A stretch of 14,110 nucleotides of DNA from Octopus sinensis (Eukaryota): contig NW_021825915.1 of NCBI RefSeq assembly GCF_006345805.1, positions 1 to 14,110 on the forward strand, read 5' to 3'. Of this stretch, positions 11,136-14,110 are shown piece by piece (positions within the stretch are counted from its first letter, which is position 1; each line of letters starts with the position of its first letter). A program made the translations under genes and the position numbers. Under the pieces are notes generated by a model. It had not been told where the DNA came from, ran no database searches, and saw nothing but the letters and a program-made list of their open reading frames with translations.

Positions 11136-11764
11136 TGTAAATCTATTGCAATGTAGCAGCTTTCCAGCCATTTTCATCCCTACCTTTTTTTTTATATGGC
11201 CACCTAAAAAACGGGATTATTTAATCTAAAGTGGTACTTTATTTTTAGCAGAAGATAGGGCCTGACAGCCATGTAGCTGCTCTTTCTAGCAGGTTAATCG
11301 AAAACAGAGCGGTGCCTTCATATGTTTATATGTTACTGTGTTACTGGTGTCATTTTTTCTGTTTTTTGTTTAGATAGAACACTGGTCAATAGCAATTTGT
11401 TCGGCATTTGAGAAAGATTTACTTGTTATTTCAAGAATTCCATCGACCACGCAAGCACTTTCACGCTGAATCAGCCAAATTGTAATAAAGTTTGCACCAG
11501 ACAATGCTGTTGAGCAAGATTATTTTAAACGGTTTTTACCTATTCTAGGTAAATTTTGAAAGGTTTGTGACACCTTCCTTAAAATTATGGGAGTTTTATA
11601 TCCAGTGAACGGGAAATTCTTTGGTCTATACATCCAGTTAAAGCAACCATGTTACGTGTTTATTACAACAAGTCAAAGAACGGAAGTTAAGCGGTGTTTA
11701 TGTTAAGTCAATGGACGGGTGTTATGTGAACTTTATACCAAGTCAAACAAGGCTTAGGCAACCT

Positions 11765-12346
11765 TTATGTTAAATAAAAACAAAACAATATTTTATAATA
11801 ATAAAGAATCTATTCATTCTCATACGTTTCGGCAGATTTTAACGTGAATATCTGATCGCTGTTGTTTTCCGTCAGTGGAGAACATCTCCCCTTGGAAGTT
11901 GTGTATTCATAAAACAAGCAATTCGTCAGTATACCCGTGTTATGTCCAAAGGGAAAATATGTTATCTGATGACGAAAAGCAACAGCGATAAATGAATAGA
12001 TTCGTTATTGCTTGGATTCTTCTCTGATTTGCATGCACCTCATGAATTTTTATTTGCTTGGCAGACACCAGCAAGAAATTTACTGATTTCTTAAATAAGG
12101 GCATGTACTCTTGTTAGATTTATCGATCTTGTGAGGAAGATTTGAGGAGACGAGTTTGAATCACCGCGGTGTCTCAAAGTCTCTTATACTAGTGAACTGT
12201 GTGTCTAAAGGGAGGCAGTGTTCGACGATGAAAAACAACAGTGATCAACATATTCCCGTTCAAATTTCCCAGAACGTATTAAGAATGAATAAATACGTTA
12301 TTGTTTGCATTCTCGTTGTTTTGCGTGTTTCTCATGAATACATATT
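11765..12346. repeat. Three degenerate copies of a ~130-160 bp unit: copy 1 minus (~11765-11900), copy 2 plus (11930-12054), copy 3 plus (12185-12346); possible Penelope-like pseudo-LTR/retrozyme remnant
   Basis: Manual alignment of the reverse complement of 11806-11872 to 12228-12296 gives about 54/69 identities. Copies 2 and 3 share TGTC.AAAGGGA, GAAAA.CAACAG.GAT, AATGAATA.AT.CGTTATTG and CTCATGAAT...TATT. The repeat is directly visible; the TE identity is inferred. Confidence 0.85.
11815..11884 (-). ncRNA. Candidate minimal type I hammerhead ribozyme (degenerate: A9 to G)
   Basis: Minus strand: GUUCUCCA|CUGACGG|38 nt containing hairpin CAGAUAUU..AAAAUCUG|GAAA|CGU|A|UGAGAAU. Helix I is GUUCUC(C)A/UGAGAAU; helix III is the palindrome ACGU. 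Copy 2 retains canonical CTGATGA (11966-11972). Confidence 0.5.
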
Positions 12347-13140
12347 CTGTAAATATAGTAACTATTATTTTATCTTATAAACTATTAGCAAATTTTTATT
12401 ATTAGAACTGCACGTTGTGTGGTCCGGCTGTAGAATCGGTTGATTATCAGATGAATGAAGTCGCTGTATTTCAGAGATGTCGAACAGACGACCCGTAGCA
12501 AAATTTAGTTAGACATTGCATTAATTTTGTGTAAAAACCATTATTGTTGTTTCTTTTAATTTCGCCATATTCTGTACAATATATTGTTAGCATATATTCA
12601 GAGTTGGAGTTCGAGAACACCGATTCCAATTAATCAAATCAGTGGAACTTAGAGAATATTTTGTTGTTTCAGCCACCGAAAAAGAAGATTATAAATCTAT
12701 ATGCTAAAAGAAGTGGATTATTTTCCCTTTACTTTGTCTATACATGCTAAGACAAACAGAGAGTTTTTTCACACATTTTTACGCGTTCGAATAAGTTTTA
12801 GCGATAAGAACGACATTGATGAATTTTACAGGCGAACCTATACAAACTTTTTATCATTGGTTTTCTCAAGAACTCTAAGCTTTCATTTGGACAATTTCCA
12901 TCTTGTACGAAATTTAATCCATAAAATTCCATGGATAAATAAATAGATAAATAATAGAGTTGATTTGATGCAAGATGGTATTCAATCATTTATGTTTATT
13001 CGGTGTATTTAAGGAATTTTCATTAATTTAATTATGTAGTGCTTGCTTAAATCTATAGATTTATTCTGCAGTATTTTATACATCAAAAATATACACAGCA
13101 AACGTATAATTAGTTAACTTTATCTCCTGTAAATTCTTTC

Positions 13141-13296
13141 ACCCCTTCGTTACCACATTTCTGTTGAGATACTCTACCTTTGTTCCAATAAATTTATTAA
13201 AATACACCTGATTTATTAAAAATTTATTAAAATACACCTGATGACTGGAACTCAGCATGAAATTTTGACGTAAGGCTTTAATTAAAATCACTTTAA
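13141..13296 (+). mobile_element. piggyBac-like MITE unit 1 (CCCTTCGTTACC start), ending at an internal TTAA
   Basis: Start matches 13302-13333 at 27/32; end (13256-13296) matches 14045-14085 at 32/41. A TTAA-CCCTTT terminus is seen at 14082. Superfamily assignment is inferred. Confidence 0.6.
13190..13242. repeat. 23-bp direct repeat AAATTTATTAAAATACACCTGAT, period 30
   Basis: Copies at 13190-13212 and 13220-13242. Confidence 0.93.
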
Positions 13297-13301
13297 ACCC
13301 A

Positions 13302-13670
13302 ACCCCTTTGTTGCCATATTTCTGCTGAAATACCTTATATGTGTCTAAATAAATTTAGGAAATAACGAAAAATTTTTTGAAACACGTTTGTTATTGATGC
13401 AGTCTTTTACTCTTTTACACTTTTACTTGTTTCAGTTATTTGACTGTAGCCATGCTGGAGCACCGCCTTTAGTCGAGCAAATCGATCCCAGGACTTATTC
13501 TTCGGAAGCCTAGTACCTATTCTATCGGTCTTTTTTGCCGAACCGCTAAGTTACGGGGACGTAAACACACCAGCATCGGTTGTCAAGCGATGTTGGAGGG
13601 AAACAAGACACACAAAACACACACACACACATATATATATTATATATATATATATTATATATATATATAA

Positions 13671-13711
<41 letters not shown>

Positions 13712-14085
13712 ATATACTACACACACACACATATATTTATACATATATACGACACGCTTCTTCAGTTTCCGTCTACCAAATCCACTCACAAGGCTTTGGT
13801 CGGCCCGAAGCTATAGTAGAAGACACTTGCCGAAGGTGCCACGCAGTGGAACTGAACCCGGAATCATGTGGTTCGTAAGCAAGCTACTTTATTTAATTAA
13901 GATTTGCCATAAAGAAATAAAGTAGCTTAATTACCAACCACATGTTTCCGGGTCCAGTCCCACTGAACCGGGAACCATGTGGTTGGTAAGCAAGCTACTT
14001 ACCACACAGCCACTCCTACGCCGAAGTAGAGCTCATGATTGGAACATGAAATCTTAATGTCAGTTTTTAATTTGGATCACTTTAA
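13302..14085 (+). mobile_element. piggyBac-like MITE unit 2, split by a SINE insertion (13302-13402 and 14023-14085)
   Basis: Both ends align to unit 1; removing the 620-bp SINE gives ~163 bp versus 161 bp for unit 1. Confidence 0.6.
13403..14022 (-). mobile_element. Full-length tRNA-derived SINE family B with internal CA/TA microsatellite and rearranged head
   Basis: Minus-strand head GGCGTAGGAGTGGCTGTGTGG (A-box-like) and CCGGGTTCAGT (B-box-like); internal microsatellite 13613-13750; (GTAAAAGA)n tail; body matches 5207-5432. Confidence 0.92.
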
Positions 14086-14110
14086 CCCTTTGGTTACCAT
14101 ACACGGCCTT
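14086..14110 (+). mobile_element. Start of MITE unit 3 (TTAA|CCCTTTGGTTACCAT), cut by window end
   Basis: TTAA at 14082-14085 followed by the same terminal motif as 13142 and 13303. Confidence 0.5.

Noticed and set aside
11640-11775. Degenerate recurrence of AAGTCAA and GTGTT(T)AT motifs
   Set aside because: Irregular spacing and short matches; cannot be distinguished from chance by eye.
11966-11990. CTGATGA-C-GAAA as a stand-alone ultra-minimal hammerhead in copy 2
   Set aside because: No helix II or helix III/UH can be formed. It is better explained as the 5' core of a copy that lost its 3' half.
12701-12946. 81-aa ATG-initiated ORF
   Set aside because: No recognisable motif or splice context; an ORF of this length is plausible by chance over six frames.
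13238-13275. CTGATGA-CTG..CAG-CAT-GAAA hammerhead-like string
   Set aside because: Extra bases before GAAA, no helix III or helix I, and it lies inside a MITE-like unit.

Overview
Non-coding, AT-rich eukaryotic DNA dominated by microsatellites and transposon remnants. The SINE and MITE sequences match families I recall from Octopus (coleoid cephalopod) genomes; this is an inference, not a database result. No host protein-coding gene is supported, and most listed ORFs are simple-repeat artefacts. Recognisable content: two tRNA-derived SINE families (several copies each), an L1/Tx1-type LINE fragment with the C-terminal CCHC zinc knuckle (9026-9418), the 3' end of an RTE-type LINE (7337-7650, minus strand), a lone hAT-like terminal repeat, tandem piggyBac-like MITE ends, and many compound microsatellites. 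The most interesting signal lies in apparently unique DNA at 11765-12346. A ~130-160 bp unit is present three times (one inverted, two direct), and the inverted copy carries a near-canonical minimal type I hammerhead ribozyme motif (CUGACG(G)...C-GAAA-CGU-A with a helix I). This resembles Penelope-like pseudo-LTRs or retrozymes. A second notable structure is a three-segment fold-back duplication of a SINE tRNA head (13851-14000) with a microhomology template-switch signature.
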